Origin: a virus
Direction: 5' to 3' (one strand)
Length of the DNA stretch: 64,000 nt
Virus record (IMG/VR): IMGVR_UViG_3300024987_000055
This document shows, one piece after another, positions 37,403 to 47,244 of the stretch (its first letter is position 1; each line of letters begins with the position of its first letter). The notes below the pieces were generated by a model. The model was not told the origin of the DNA, ran no database searches, and saw only the letters and a list, made by a program, of their open reading frames with translations. A program made the position numbers and the translations under genes.

Positions 37403-37696
37403 TTATATAAAGTTTCTGCCATCTACTAACCGGAAAGTGCGGCCGTTGAGCTTATTAATATACATTTGTTTTAATTGCTCCATACTCCTTATGGAATTCG
37501 CAATATCTACCGGTGTGTTGTAAACAGACCGGATCTTTGTCTGCCCGTCATCTAACTGATATTCTTTGTATTGTGCTGCAGCTGCATTATCAATCAATAG
37601 TATGGTTAGCGCACTGATCACTTGATCAATACGCACGATCTTTTCCTGTAAGCTGATCGCTGATTCGACATAAACCCCTGCGCTATTGTAAATCAT
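37403..37696 (-). CDS. Head completion protein (gpW-like)
   Basis: Small helical protein immediately before the portal; EYQLDDGQTK..Y. Confidence 0.65.
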   Translation of the reverse strand: MIYNSAGVYVESAISLQEKIVRIDQVISALTILLIDNAAAAQYKEYQLDDGQTKIRSVYNTPVDIANSIRSMEQLKQMYINKLNGRTFRLVDGRNFI

Positions 37697-38190
37697 AATG
37701 TTTTCAGTTCGTCTATTTTTGAATTTGATATATTTAAACTGGTGTAAGTGGGCAGATATACACCACCTACACCGGATATTCCTGTTGCAATTTTACTGAG
37801 CTCAGTATTAATCTTTGTTACCAGCTCCTGCAGACCTAGATTCAAAGGCATATATCTTACCAGGTTATGCGTATTGCCCATAAATTCAATGGTGCCATTG
37901 TTTTTCAAGTGGATAAATGTGGATTGATCACCATTCCCATCCAAAGAGTATAGCCGGATTTCACCCATCTTTGCCACCTGGTTTTCATTGATGTAGCCTA
38001 TGATCACACTTTCTTCACTATTTGAGGTGTCGGAATACAGTGCCACCATTCCATCCAGCGGAGCGGAATCAATACCAAAAGGCATGCTTTCATAAGGCTC
38101 GCGGATATCTTGTTCACCCATAGCCATGACCTGGATAATCCTCTGTTTCGCTCTTATGAAAACATTTTTTATATAGGTAGTGAAGATCAT
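37693..38190 (-). CDS. Baseplate spike/assembly protein (Mu gp45-like)
   Basis: PFGIDSAP, GEIRLYS; follows the hub gene. Confidence 0.75.
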   Translation of the reverse strand: MIFTTYIKNVFIRAKQRIIQVMAMGEQDIREPYESMPFGIDSAPLDGMVALYSDTSNSEESVIIGYINENQVAKMGEIRLYSLDGNGDQSTFIHLKNNGTIEFMGNTHNLVRYMPLNLGLQELVTKINTELSKIATGISGVGGVYLPTYTSLNISNSKIDELKTL

Positions 38191-39233
38191 TCAAAAATAT
38201 TTTTAGGAGTGTCCTGGTTATATACTTCCGGCAGGTAACAATTTATGGAGCAGCTTTCGCCATTCGTATCCAATTTGTAAGAAACGCTTTCTATAAAAAA
38301 ACGTGTTTTTTTGAACAAAAACAAATATGGATTTTCAAGAGTGATGATCTGATTGGGCTTAATGAAAACCCCGTTAATGTTCCAGGTACTAAGATTCCCT
38401 TTTATCCCGATGCCTTTTAATTCTTCAGACAGGTTTGTCCGTGCGGCCTTACCGGTATCATGTTCGTCTCCTGCTTGCTGCCTGGCCACTCGGGGGCGGA
38501 ATACATTGCAATAGGGATTAGACACCTTTGCCTGGCCCACTACCGGATTCTTTTTAGTATTCCGGCCGCCGATCTTTGCCTGCCGGAGCGTTGTCACATC
38601 AGAGTGCATTTTTTGACCATCAAAATCCAGCGTAAAGTCTATACCTGGAATACCGCCTGTAAAATCAAATAGCGGAGTGGCCTTTGTGTTGCATTCAGTA
38701 AGGATTATATTCCCATTTGCATCGTGTGTGACAATAATCCCCTGCTGTGCGGCCATGTCGGTGATGTACTGCTTTGCGCTTTGCTGATTGGTTGCAGTGG
38801 CATTCTTAAATACTTTGCCTATTCTCCCGGAAACGGAAGGATCAACAATCACATTAATACCAAATTCAGCACATATCTTTTCGGTGATGGACTTAAGGTC
38901 CAGCCCTTTGGAATGCAACGGATAGGCGCTTGTTGGTATCTGGCAATCTTCCAGAACACCGGTATGAGAATAACCCGAAATAGCCAGAGCATTGTTCTGG
39001 GCACTACTTACAAAGGACATATTCAGTACCGTTCCTGTAAGCAATATTTCATCATTGTAGTAGACCTTCGCTGTTTGGTAATCTCCCGGCTTAAACGCCC
39101 TTTTGTGGGCCTCGTTGCTGGGGTCAAACCAAGCAGTAAAGGAAAAATCACTGGCCACACTGTCATACCTCAGATTAAGGTTAAATTCAAGGAACTTATC
39201 AAATGCCGTATCTCCTATAACAAGTTTAAACAT
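38187..39233 (-). CDS. Baseplate hub protein (Mu gp44-like)
   Basis: SGYSHTGVLEDC, W.INGVFIKPNQ. Confidence 0.8.
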   Translation of the reverse strand: MFKLVIGDTAFDKFLEFNLNLRYDSVASDFSFTAWFDPSNEAHKRAFKPGDYQTAKVYYNDEILLTGTVLNMSFVSSAQNNALAISGYSHTGVLEDCQIPTSAYPLHSKGLDLKSITEKICAEFGINVIVDPSVSGRIGKVFKNATATNQQSAKQYITDMAAQQGIIVTHDANGNIILTECNTKATPLFDFTGGIPGIDFTLDFDGQKMHSDVTTLRQAKIGGRNTKKNPVVGQAKVSNPYCNVFRPRVARQQAGDEHDTGKAARTNLSEELKGIGIKGNLSTWNINGVFIKPNQIITLENPYLFLFKKTRFFIESVSYKLDTNGESCSINCYLPEVYNQDTPKNIFE

Positions 39234-40458
39234 AGTACTTAATTAATCTATCTTTTTTCAATTCGAGCATTTCAGAAATACCGATCCGGTTTGATTCGAT
39301 AAAGAAAACCAGGTTTTCATCAGCCCGGTCAAGGCCGTAATATTTTTTAGCCAGCAATACCGGATTTGAATCTTCCGTTAACCGGATTGATCGCTCCTGT
39401 TTACTGTTCAGCGCAATTTCCATCAATGCGGAAATGGTATAACTGAACAGGTTTGAAACATTGCGGATCGTATCTGCTCCGGGTAAGTAGCCATCAACCT
39501 GCCCGCCGTTCGGGGAGCTGATCGCATCCAGTGAAATGATCCAGTCATCATAAATACTTTTTAGCTCCCTCATGACCGGCAAAACACCACTTACCAACCG
39601 GAACGAATCGCCCACATTATTTACAACAGATTGGGCCATACCCATGAGCAGGAAACTGGACTGGCTTTCGTAAAGGCGTTTTGATGTCCGGGTGAACAGG
39701 TTGCCAATATTGTTCCGGATGATGCGGTATTGAAGCTTCAGCATGTTCAGCCTGTTTTCAACGGTATCCAGGAACGCATAAGGCATGGTGGAAAAATCAT
39801 GCAGTGCCCTGGCAATTTGTACCGTACTGGAAGTACCGCTGTTCAACAGGGCGATATATTTATTGTACCCGTTCAGGTACTTTGAAACATCTGCAGCAGC
39901 TTTAATTTTCCCAGCCGTTGTTTTATACTGGTTCATGGTATCTTTTAGCAGTGATCGCTTATCAGCCACCTTTACAGCTGGGATATCAGAAGTAACCGCT
40001 GCTATTTCACTATCCTTTGCCAGATCGGCATCCGCGGTGATCTTCTCCACCGGTGCAATGGTGACCTTTAAAACATCCATTACCTGGATCGTTTCCATAC
40101 AATTGATTTGCACCATGCTGGTATTCAAATCTTCGTTTGTGTATGATATCGTTAAAGGCTGGGCCAATATTTTGCCATAGCGAGGGTGATCGATCTGCCA
40201 TGGCCGCTTATCCAAACTAGATTGATCAAATGCCTGGATCTGCTCCAGGTGATCAGCACCATCAAATACCAAGTCTAAAGGCAGTATCCGCCCTTTCGTT
40301 TCCAATTTCTGCACCAGTGATCCCGGAAGCATTGGAAATTCCATAACGGTATTATTAAATTCCCGGCTATATTCTGAAAACATCCATTTTGGGGTATAGA
40401 CTTTGCCATCCCCCGTAACGATCGTTAACTTTTGCTGTAACCTTTCCTGCCAACTCAT
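39226..40458 (-). CDS. DNA circularisation/tail initiator protein (Mu gp43/N-like)
   Basis: MSWQERLQ, EFP....VQKL, IDHPRYG. Confidence 0.8.
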   Translation of the reverse strand: MSWQERLQQKLTIVTGDGKVYTPKWMFSEYSREFNNTVMEFPMLPGSLVQKLETKGRILPLDLVFDGADHLEQIQAFDQSSLDKRPWQIDHPRYGKILAQPLTISYTNEDLNTSMVQINCMETIQVMDVLKVTIAPVEKITADADLAKDSEIAAVTSDIPAVKVADKRSLLKDTMNQYKTTAGKIKAAADVSKYLNGYNKYIALLNSGTSSTVQIARALHDFSTMPYAFLDTVENRLNMLKLQYRIIRNNIGNLFTRTSKRLYESQSSFLLMGMAQSVVNNVGDSFRLVSGVLPVMRELKSIYDDWIISLDAISSPNGGQVDGYLPGADTIRNVSNLFSYTISALMEIALNSKQERSIRLTEDSNPVLLAKKYYGLDRADENLVFFIESNRIGISEMLELKKDRLIKYYV

Positions 40459-41234
40459 TTGTTATAAAATTTCTTAACCTGATTTAATGCATGTTCGTTA
40501 AAGAATTTTTCCATTTTACCAGCACTTTTTTCAGATGCTTTTTTCATAAATTCTTTCTTATCAATTTTTACCTTTCTGCCTTTTTTATAGGAATATAATG
40601 CCTCAGCTCTTATATCAAGCCTTCTTGAAGATTCTGCCCCTTGTCTTCTGGTGCTGCCCCATATTTCCTTGATTCTGAGCACGGTACTTATACCGTTTTC
40701 TCTGGGTGTCATCACATGGGCATTTGCTCCGTACTTTTTAGCGGCATAGAATGCGGCCCGGATGAATTTCTGTGATTTATTTTTAGCTCCCCTTACTTTA
40801 TTAGAATTGACAATGTTTTTTAATACAGTGGTTCTGTTCACAGGGCGGACGTTTTTCTTCCGACTTTTACCTACACGCGCCTTATCATGAGCAATAAAAG
40901 AACGACCCCCTATAACACCCCCTTCTTCTTGCTGCTTTAGTTCTTCAACAGCACGATCCATGCCCTTTCCACTTGTCTTTTTAAATCCTATCGTTGATTT
41001 CATGCTAGACACGTTGAATCCTGTTGCCTGCTCAACTTTTGAGGTGGCTTTAAAGAAAGTTTTCTTACGTTCAACAAAATTGTCGGTGGCTGACTTGGGC
41101 ATAGTTTTGGTCTTAACATCAAAGGCAGCACTATTCAGCGTTTGCCTGATTGCTACCGGCAAAGCTGATTTACTGAGTTGCTCCAATTTTTTGGCGTAAT
41201 TCCTGACTGCCTTTGTATTTACATTGATCTGCAT
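40455..41234 (-). CDS. Tail completion / virion morphogenesis protein (gpZ-like)
   Basis: Highly basic; KKLEQL....PVAIRQTLNSAA. Confidence 0.6.
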   Translation of the reverse strand: MQINVNTKAVRNYAKKLEQLSKSALPVAIRQTLNSAAFDVKTKTMPKSATDNFVERKKTFFKATSKVEQATGFNVSSMKSTIGFKKTSGKGMDRAVEELKQQEEGGVIGGRSFIAHDKARVGKSRKKNVRPVNRTTVLKNIVNSNKVRGAKNKSQKFIRAAFYAAKKYGANAHVMTPRENGISTVLRIKEIWGSTRRQGAESSRRLDIRAEALYSYKKGRKVKIDKKEFMKKASEKSAGKMEKFFNEHALNQVKKFYNK

Positions 41235-41836
41235 TAGGCAATTTCCAGTCTAAACGAAAACCCAAAAAGCCTTAGAGATCCATTAGGAAAGGCCGCTCCT
41301 CTTGTAATAGTTACCTTACCTGTTGTAGCATTTAAAACCGCAGGCAGGACTTCAGCGCTAAAGTAAGTACATGTTCCTGGCCGCGGAATAGTGTTGTTAG
41401 CAATAGTAAGAGAAGTGATCGCAGAGGGAATATTAACGCTAATCGATGTACCTATGCTATTCAGTGTAGCACTGAAAATACATTGCCACTCCAATGTCTT
41501 CCCCTGTATTCTTATTTTATTAATAAATGAAGTGCCAGCAGTTATTGTTCCTGTATCTACACTTAATATAGGGGTCGTTAATGCCGTCCAGGATTGAAGG
41601 CCTGCCAGCTTTTCAAACGCATCATATAGCTGAAACCCATTTGTAAGGTTGTCAGGAAGACCATTAGATGTCAATCCGGATATTGCGAATAATCGTGCAA
41701 AAAATTGGTGTATATCCCCGTAAACTTGGACATCTACAGGAGTTCCATCACCTGTACCTGTATCATTCTTAATTGCTCCGTATGGATAATCTGCATCCGG
41801 AGGCATCACATTAGCTTTATTTTCTAGTTTAATCAT
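41234..41836 (-). CDS. Short tail fibre protein
   Basis: YPYGAIKNDT..GDGTP..NGLPDNLTNGFQL N-terminus; follows wedge genes. Confidence 0.7.
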   Translation of the reverse strand: MIKLENKANVMPPDADYPYGAIKNDTGTGDGTPVDVQVYGDIHQFFARLFAISGLTSNGLPDNLTNGFQLYDAFEKLAGLQSWTALTTPILSVDTGTITAGTSFINKIRIQGKTLEWQCIFSATLNSIGTSISVNIPSAITSLTIANNTIPRPGTCTYFSAEVLPAVLNATTGKVTITRGAAFPNGSLRLFGFSFRLEIA

Positions 41837-41843
41837 TGCTTTA

Positions 41844-42782
41844 TTATTGGTAGTTTACAAATAAAATTCCGATAGTATTAACAGGCTTTAACCTTAATAT
41901 CATTTGCCTGAATTCTGCCTCTCTTTGTTGAGGTATTATAGCAAACTCTGGCATATGATCACCAGCAATATAAAACGTACTTTTCCACATGTCACCATTA
42001 ATGGCCAAATCACCGTCCCGGCTGCGTTCAATATGGTTAGCAACGTAATTGTTGAACCGTGCTCCATGTCGCAACAACGGGCGATGCCTTAGCGTTAATG
42101 AGTGATATGCTCCCAGGTATTGGAAAGTGCTATGTTGTAAAACATTGCTATGCCTAGTCGTCGGGCTATGCATGGTGGTATTGATCGGGGCCAACCATTC
42201 ATTAGGTGTTTTCGTTCCTAAGCTGTAAGCAAATACACTTCCATTTTCAATCACAAACTTTAATTTAGCTCCTGGTAAGTATTTTACTACAATATCTCCA
42301 CCATCCATGCTGAATTCATAAAATGCCATCTCTTCTTCATCTCCGGTAATAACCAATTCCATATCATCATTGAACGAAAACTCTATGGATGTGACAACAG
42401 GGACATCAAACTTATTAGGATAAACACGGACATTAAAACCAACCGCCCGGAGCTGCTGCTCCAAGGACTTGTAGTATTGCCTCGGGGCATCGGTGACCGG
42501 GTAATTATACTTTAAGCGTATTGCGGCCATGCGATTTACCAGTGCTACGCCTGCACCATTAATCATACCCAAACGTTTTTCCCACATATCAGCATCTTCT
42601 GTAGTAAAGTTTGCATTATCAGGAAAGGCGGAATCAAAGGTGCTCAGCGCCCCCTTTAGAGCTCGCTCTTCACTCAGGGACAATGCTTTGTTCAATCGAT
42701 CCAAAACACCGCCCTCCGGCTGCCAAAATGCGCGCCCTTTGGGTAATAGTTGCTTTGTTAATTTCCTGATGATGCTAAGCAT
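41844..42782 (-). CDS. Baseplate wedge protein (Mu gp48/YmfQ-like)
   Basis: QLLPKGRAF, DMWEKRLG, RLKP.NT. Confidence 0.78.
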   Translation of the reverse strand: MLSIIRKLTKQLLPKGRAFWQPEGGVLDRLNKALSLSEERALKGALSTFDSAFPDNANFTTEDADMWEKRLGMINGAGVALVNRMAAIRLKYNYPVTDAPRQYYKSLEQQLRAVGFNVRVYPNKFDVPVVTSIEFSFNDDMELVITGDEEEMAFYEFSMDGGDIVVKYLPGAKLKFVIENGSVFAYSLGTKTPNEWLAPINTTMHSPTTRHSNVLQHSTFQYLGAYHSLTLRHRPLLRHGARFNNYVANHIERSRDGDLAINGDMWKSTFYIAGDHMPEFAIIPQQREAEFRQMILRLKPVNTIGILFVNYQ

Positions 42783-43953
42783 AGACTACATTTACTAAAT
42801 ATGGGATATTACCGTAACTGAATGTTTTGATAGATACTGTATTGGCACTTGATGATCCAATTTGAATGCTCATTTCTACAGCCCCAAAACCCAACCCCGG
42901 AATTGCATTGATCATCCAGGATATTACCTGATTCGTACTAATTGTGTCGTTACGTTCTTCCAGTATATCTGCACCGGCAATAAATGGCCTCACTTCATCT
43001 ACCTGTTCTTTGATAGCTGCATTGATTATTGCTTTTTGTGATTCAGTAATACCAGCACTATTATTAATCGTTATTGTCAATTTATTGATCACTACCGGAT
43101 ATACATTATTTGCCCAGACACTTAATGGAGTACGTCCTTGTTGTGTGTTGGGATCAATTTCCAAAACTGATGCTACATTATCCAGTATTGTTTGCGTAGG
43201 AGTTCCCATACCGTCAGTACTATCCTCTGGTGATGCTTCTACATATATATCGACCTCGGCAGCAGCCGTTGGGCTTGTATAAGGGTAAGAAGCTTTAACC
43301 CCTTGAGCATCCTGCGCCCATAAGATGTAATCAGCAGATGCACCGCCTTGCGGTTCAAGTCGGTAGCTGTCAATGATCGCCTGTCGGTAATCTTCTTCCG
43401 ATTCCGCAGCTGTTGGTGATACAGTTTCTGCAATAACAAGAGCTTCGCCAGTAATACCTACAATAGGGACGGTACAGGACAGCCCGTCATTTACATTTAA
43501 TTTGCTTTCCAATCCCGGATTGAGCGCCCGGAGTTCAATTATATTATTTACCTGATCGATATTATAATCCTGATCACTGATTAGAAGCACCCCTGAGTTA
43601 AGGGCACTTTCCAGGCTTTTAAATATTGTACCGGTTGGAATAAAAGCATTACCGGTTGCTGTTACAGTTACATCATACTTTCCCGAAGTGGCTGGGAAAG
43701 GATTACGATTTATCTTTAGCCGACCGATTCTTTCCAAAGTCCCTCCCATGCTTTCCGGTTCTGCCGTATCTGCAAAGAGATTTTTTTGTACTTTACCCAG
43801 GAGCAAATAGTATAGTTTTAATTTTGCTGATTGCCAGGCAGCCTGAGCACGTAACACCATTTTGCCAAATGGCAATATTGATATCCCCATTTCGGTTTGA
43901 AGGTCCTGCAGCGACTGATCATATAATTCTTTAAGTGTAGGGATCTTAAACAT
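42775..43953 (-). CDS. Baseplate J-like protein (Mu gp47)
   Basis: PTLKEL, ESEEDYRQ..PQGGASADY..WA. Confidence 0.9.
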   Translation of the reverse strand: MFKIPTLKELYDQSLQDLQTEMGISILPFGKMVLRAQAAWQSAKLKLYYLLLGKVQKNLFADTAEPESMGGTLERIGRLKINRNPFPATSGKYDVTVTATGNAFIPTGTIFKSLESALNSGVLLISDQDYNIDQVNNIIELRALNPGLESKLNVNDGLSCTVPIVGITGEALVIAETVSPTAAESEEDYRQAIIDSYRLEPQGGASADYILWAQDAQGVKASYPYTSPTAAAEVDIYVEASPEDSTDGMGTPTQTILDNVASVLEIDPNTQQGRTPLSVWANNVYPVVINKLTITINNSAGITESQKAIINAAIKEQVDEVRPFIAGADILEERNDTISTNQVISWMINAIPGLGFGAVEMSIQIGSSSANTVSIKTFSYGNIPYLVNVVYA

Positions 43954-44356
43954 CTCTTCGTATAAAAATTAAGCTTCCGGGCAATACAAATTGTAATATG
44001 TACGCCTCATTGTTTATCAATATTTGAATGTTCATTTTATCATCACTGATAACCTGGGCTGATACGCTTACCGTTGTTCCGGGAATTTCTGAAGTGAAGA
44101 ACTTAAGATCTTCGCGCACTGCATTTTCAATAGTTACCCGTCCTGCGGAATTTAAAGCCACCTCTTTTAGTGTCTTTTCAGTTTTTGATTCATACTTTTG
44201 AGACCCTTCAAGTAGTAGATCATTAGCCCAGTATTCGTAACCCCCGAATAGCGCCTGGTAGATCATTGTTCCGAAATTGCTATCCAGTAATAGATCGTTC
44301 CCTTCTAATACAAAATCCCCACCATCATCAGTTTCTTTCATCAGTAAATCAATCAT
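43946..44356 (-). CDS. Baseplate protein (Mu gp46-like)
   Basis: DGGDF...GNDL, YWAN, AVREDLKF. Confidence 0.75.
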   Translation of the reverse strand: MIDLLMKETDDGGDFVLEGNDLLLDSNFGTMIYQALFGGYEYWANDLLLEGSQKYESKTEKTLKEVALNSAGRVTIENAVREDLKFFTSEIPGTTVSVSAQVISDDKMNIQILINNEAYILQFVLPGSLIFIRRDV

Positions 44357-44357
44357 A

Positions 44358-46235
44358 CTATCCGATATTAGAGGTCAATTTAATTGGTATTCCTGCAGGT
44401 GCTTTATAACTAAAGTCTTTCGGATTCCCGTTTATATCAATACTTAGCCTGTTGTTGATTGTTTTTTCAAATGAGGCTGTAGTATATTCTTGTTGAGCTT
44501 TTTTTAAGTCTAAGACTTGAGCAGATGGCTTACCTTCGTCGCCTTGCATAACCTTCATTATATGTTCGTAGTCAGATCGCCCTTTAATCTGGCTATTCGT
44601 TAATCCAGGTGCTAGCATTGTATCAATACCACGCAATGCATTTTTAGCCCAGTCTCCCCCAAAACTGTCCGGGAGTTTTGCTAATAATTGCAATAATTGA
44701 GTAACTGGCGTGAGCATAAATTTTACAATACTTTTCCCTATTTCGACAATAGCACCTACAATTCCATAATCTTCAAATAGTTGTTTAGTGCTTTTCCATG
44801 CCCCTTTGATTGCCATAATAGCTGCTACAATATCACCCAAAGGGCCAGCCAGGTATCTTGCGTATTTCCCCCATTCATCCCAATAAGCAATGAGTACAAC
44901 AACTGTAGCAATAATAGCAGAAATAGCCAGCGCAAGTAGGCCGATGGGACTTGCAATAAATAATACAGCTTGAATAGCCGCACCTATTCCCCCAACTGCG
45001 AATGCAAGAGCTGAAGCACCTAGCGCAACCTTGCCTATGGTTGATGCCAGTTCCGGATTTTTAGTTATCCAGTCAGAAACATTTTTAATGATTGGTTGAA
45101 TTGTTGTTAATATTTTGTCTAATACAGGCAAGAAAATTTCTCCTACCTTAATTGCCAAAGCCTCAAATTGATTTTTTAGTTGCGCAATTTTAGCGGCATG
45201 AGTAGCATTTTTAGCCGCAGCCTCCGCAGACAGCGAGTTGTTTTTTGCAAATTCATAATTTGATATTCCTAGAAATTCCGTAAACACTTTGTAACTTGAA
45301 CCTAAAGAGCCCAATGCCATTTTTGCTTCCTTATCGTTTATCTTCAATTTTTTTAATATATCCGTCATTTGAATCGCATTTAGCCCATTCAATGATTCCG
45401 CTAATTTGAACACAAAATTTGAAGGGTCTGTATTAAATAGGGTTATTGCTTCTTTAGTCCCTATTTTCATCTGCTTTGCAAAAGCTCCAATATTCCCACC
45501 AGCCAATGATTGGACTTTATGGAAACCAGACGATGCGATTTCTGCCGTAATTCCTGCCTTATTAAGAACTGCGCCAAGAGCAATTGTTTCCTGGATTGTT
45601 GGTTTAAAAGCTTCAGGCAATGCTCCTATTCTTTGCGAAAACTCATTGATTGCCTGAGCATTTGCGCCTTTTGTTGTCAATTCATTAATCGCAGACCCTA
45701 TCTTATTTATAGTATTTGCAGAGTCAAGTAATCTTGTCTCTTTATATAGATTTCGTAAAGAAGCTATACTCTTGACAGCTTCTTCTACTCCACCAAAGTC
45801 AGAGCCTAGAGCTAAATTGAATTTATCTGCTGTCTTAGTAAATGCCTCCAATTGATTAAGCTCATTAATTCCCATAGAACCCCCAATTGCTGCTATTTGA
45901 GTAAGCTCTTGTATTGATGTTCTTGTTTGTCCTGAATATTTGAGAATTGAATCACCTAAGTTTTTAAGGCTTGTACCACTTAATCCTGTCGTTTTAGCAA
46001 CATCAGCCATTGCATCCTCAAAAGCAATAGTTTTTTTCGTAGCCAATACCAATGGGGCGGCAATTGCAGTACCAACAGCAACTCCACCAACCATCATTTT
46101 TTGAGAAACATTATTCAGGTTTTTATATTTCCTTTCCATTGCTTCTAACGACCCGTTAACCCGTGCTGCCATTTGTTGCACAGGTCTTGTTAATTTATCG
46201 ATTGCTGTAAAAATTGAAGGAATAGTAAATGCCAT
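44358..46235 (-). CDS. Tape measure protein
   Basis: FEDAMADVAKT (TP901-like core), Ala/Gly-rich, hydrophobic C-terminal part. Confidence 0.92.
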   Translation of the reverse strand: MAFTIPSIFTAIDKLTRPVQQMAARVNGSLEAMERKYKNLNNVSQKMMVGGVAVGTAIAAPLVLATKKTIAFEDAMADVAKTTGLSGTSLKNLGDSILKYSGQTRTSIQELTQIAAIGGSMGINELNQLEAFTKTADKFNLALGSDFGGVEEAVKSIASLRNLYKETRLLDSANTINKIGSAINELTTKGANAQAINEFSQRIGALPEAFKPTIQETIALGAVLNKAGITAEIASSGFHKVQSLAGGNIGAFAKQMKIGTKEAITLFNTDPSNFVFKLAESLNGLNAIQMTDILKKLKINDKEAKMALGSLGSSYKVFTEFLGISNYEFAKNNSLSAEAAAKNATHAAKIAQLKNQFEALAIKVGEIFLPVLDKILTTIQPIIKNVSDWITKNPELASTIGKVALGASALAFAVGGIGAAIQAVLFIASPIGLLALAISAIIATVVVLIAYWDEWGKYARYLAGPLGDIVAAIMAIKGAWKSTKQLFEDYGIVGAIVEIGKSIVKFMLTPVTQLLQLLAKLPDSFGGDWAKNALRGIDTMLAPGLTNSQIKGRSDYEHIMKVMQGDEGKPSAQVLDLKKAQQEYTTASFEKTINNRLSIDINGNPKDFSYKAPAGIPIKLTSNIG

Positions 46236-46236
46236 G

Positions 46237-46799
46237 CTATTTTGTTTTTAGGCTTTTTATTTTTTCATCGATGATTTCGTAGTGTCTGACTAACCCTTTG
46301 TGATCATTATCGTCTAAAAAAAGAGCATCAACAACCTCTGGCGGCCAGTGATGCTCTGATTCTATAGTAAGTGCCATATTATTAACACTATCGAAATCAC
46401 CTACATAAAAAAAGCGGCTACTGCATTAGAGATGTTTGAATCAATAGTATCCATTTTTGCCAAAACTGAGATAGGAACTCCTGCTAACGCTGCAGAATAG
46501 GCCAAAAGTCGAGAATCCGCATCGGTCCCAGCATTTTTAAGCTTCTGTCCTACCTCTTCAACGGTAACCCTGGGCTTATATTTAAACCCGTTAATAGGTG
46601 TGTCTCCTGACTCAATAGGGAATGATAAATTGTGTGTCCAGCTGTAGTCCTCATTTAAGACTAATGCTCCGTCTTCAACAGCCTCAACAAGTGTTGCCTT
46701 AAAGTCCTCATATTTTTCAATCTTTTTAGGACGAATTCTTTTATAGGATAGCCAATTTTCAACATCTTTTACTGCTACTTCGTGTGATACTGTACTCAT
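46237..46799 (-). CDS. Tail assembly chaperone, -1 frameshift product (gpGT-like)
   Basis: Slippery GCT TTT TTT ATG TAG at 46401-46415; the -1 frame stays open to 46237 and reads FYVGDFDSVNNMALTIESEHHWPPEVVDAL..KTK*. Confidence 0.75.
46401..46799 (-). CDS. Tail assembly chaperone
   Basis: Between the tube and tape measure genes. Confidence 0.8.
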   Translation of the reverse strand: MSTVSHEVAVKDVENWLSYKRIRPKKIEKYEDFKATLVEAVEDGALVLNEDYSWTHNLSFPIESGDTPINGFKYKPRVTVEEVGQKLKNAGTDADSRLLAYSAALAGVPISVLAKMDTIDSNISNAVAAFFM

Positions 46800-46820
46800 T
46801 TTATTATATTGATTTTTTGA

Positions 46821-47231
46821 TTAAACAATTTTTTTCAACTTACCACCGCCATTCACTTTTAAGGTGAATGTTGCAACATTAGCATCCGGCTGAACATCAC
46901 CAACAGGAGAGCCCAGGCCACCATATACCGTCCCGTTAATAAATGTGAAAGTCCAATCGCCTTCTTCCGGACTAGCCTGTAAATCACAAACAAACTCGGC
47001 CGCTGGCTTTGAAGCCACAGTATCATTTACTGCAGTTAATTCAAATGACCAGGCTGCCATATTCATCTGCCTGATAATTGATCCATCAGTTGCAATCTGG
47101 TTTGCATCGTCATTTTTACGAATACCCCCCAGGTCAAAAGTTGAACCTTCATTAGATTTTATTTTAAAAATTCCAGTCCCTAATGTGGGATGGTTTACTG
47201 TTACTTCTATGATATCGCCACCTACAGCCAT
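46821..47231 (-). CDS. Tail tube protein
   Basis: 136 aa after the sheath; WTFTFINGTVYGG. Confidence 0.85.
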   Translation of the reverse strand: MAVGGDIIEVTVNHPTLGTGIFKIKSNEGSTFDLGGIRKNDDANQIATDGSIIRQMNMAAWSFELTAVNDTVASKPAAEFVCDLQASPEEGDWTFTFINGTVYGGLGSPVGDVQPDANVATFTLKVNGGGKLKKIV

Positions 47232-47244
47232 CGTTATTTATTTT

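Noticed and set aside
29722-41836. Diversity-generating retroelement or invertible tail-fibre shufflon
   Set aside because: No reverse transcriptase, no TR/VR pair, no invertase and no alternative fibre C-termini are visible in the window.
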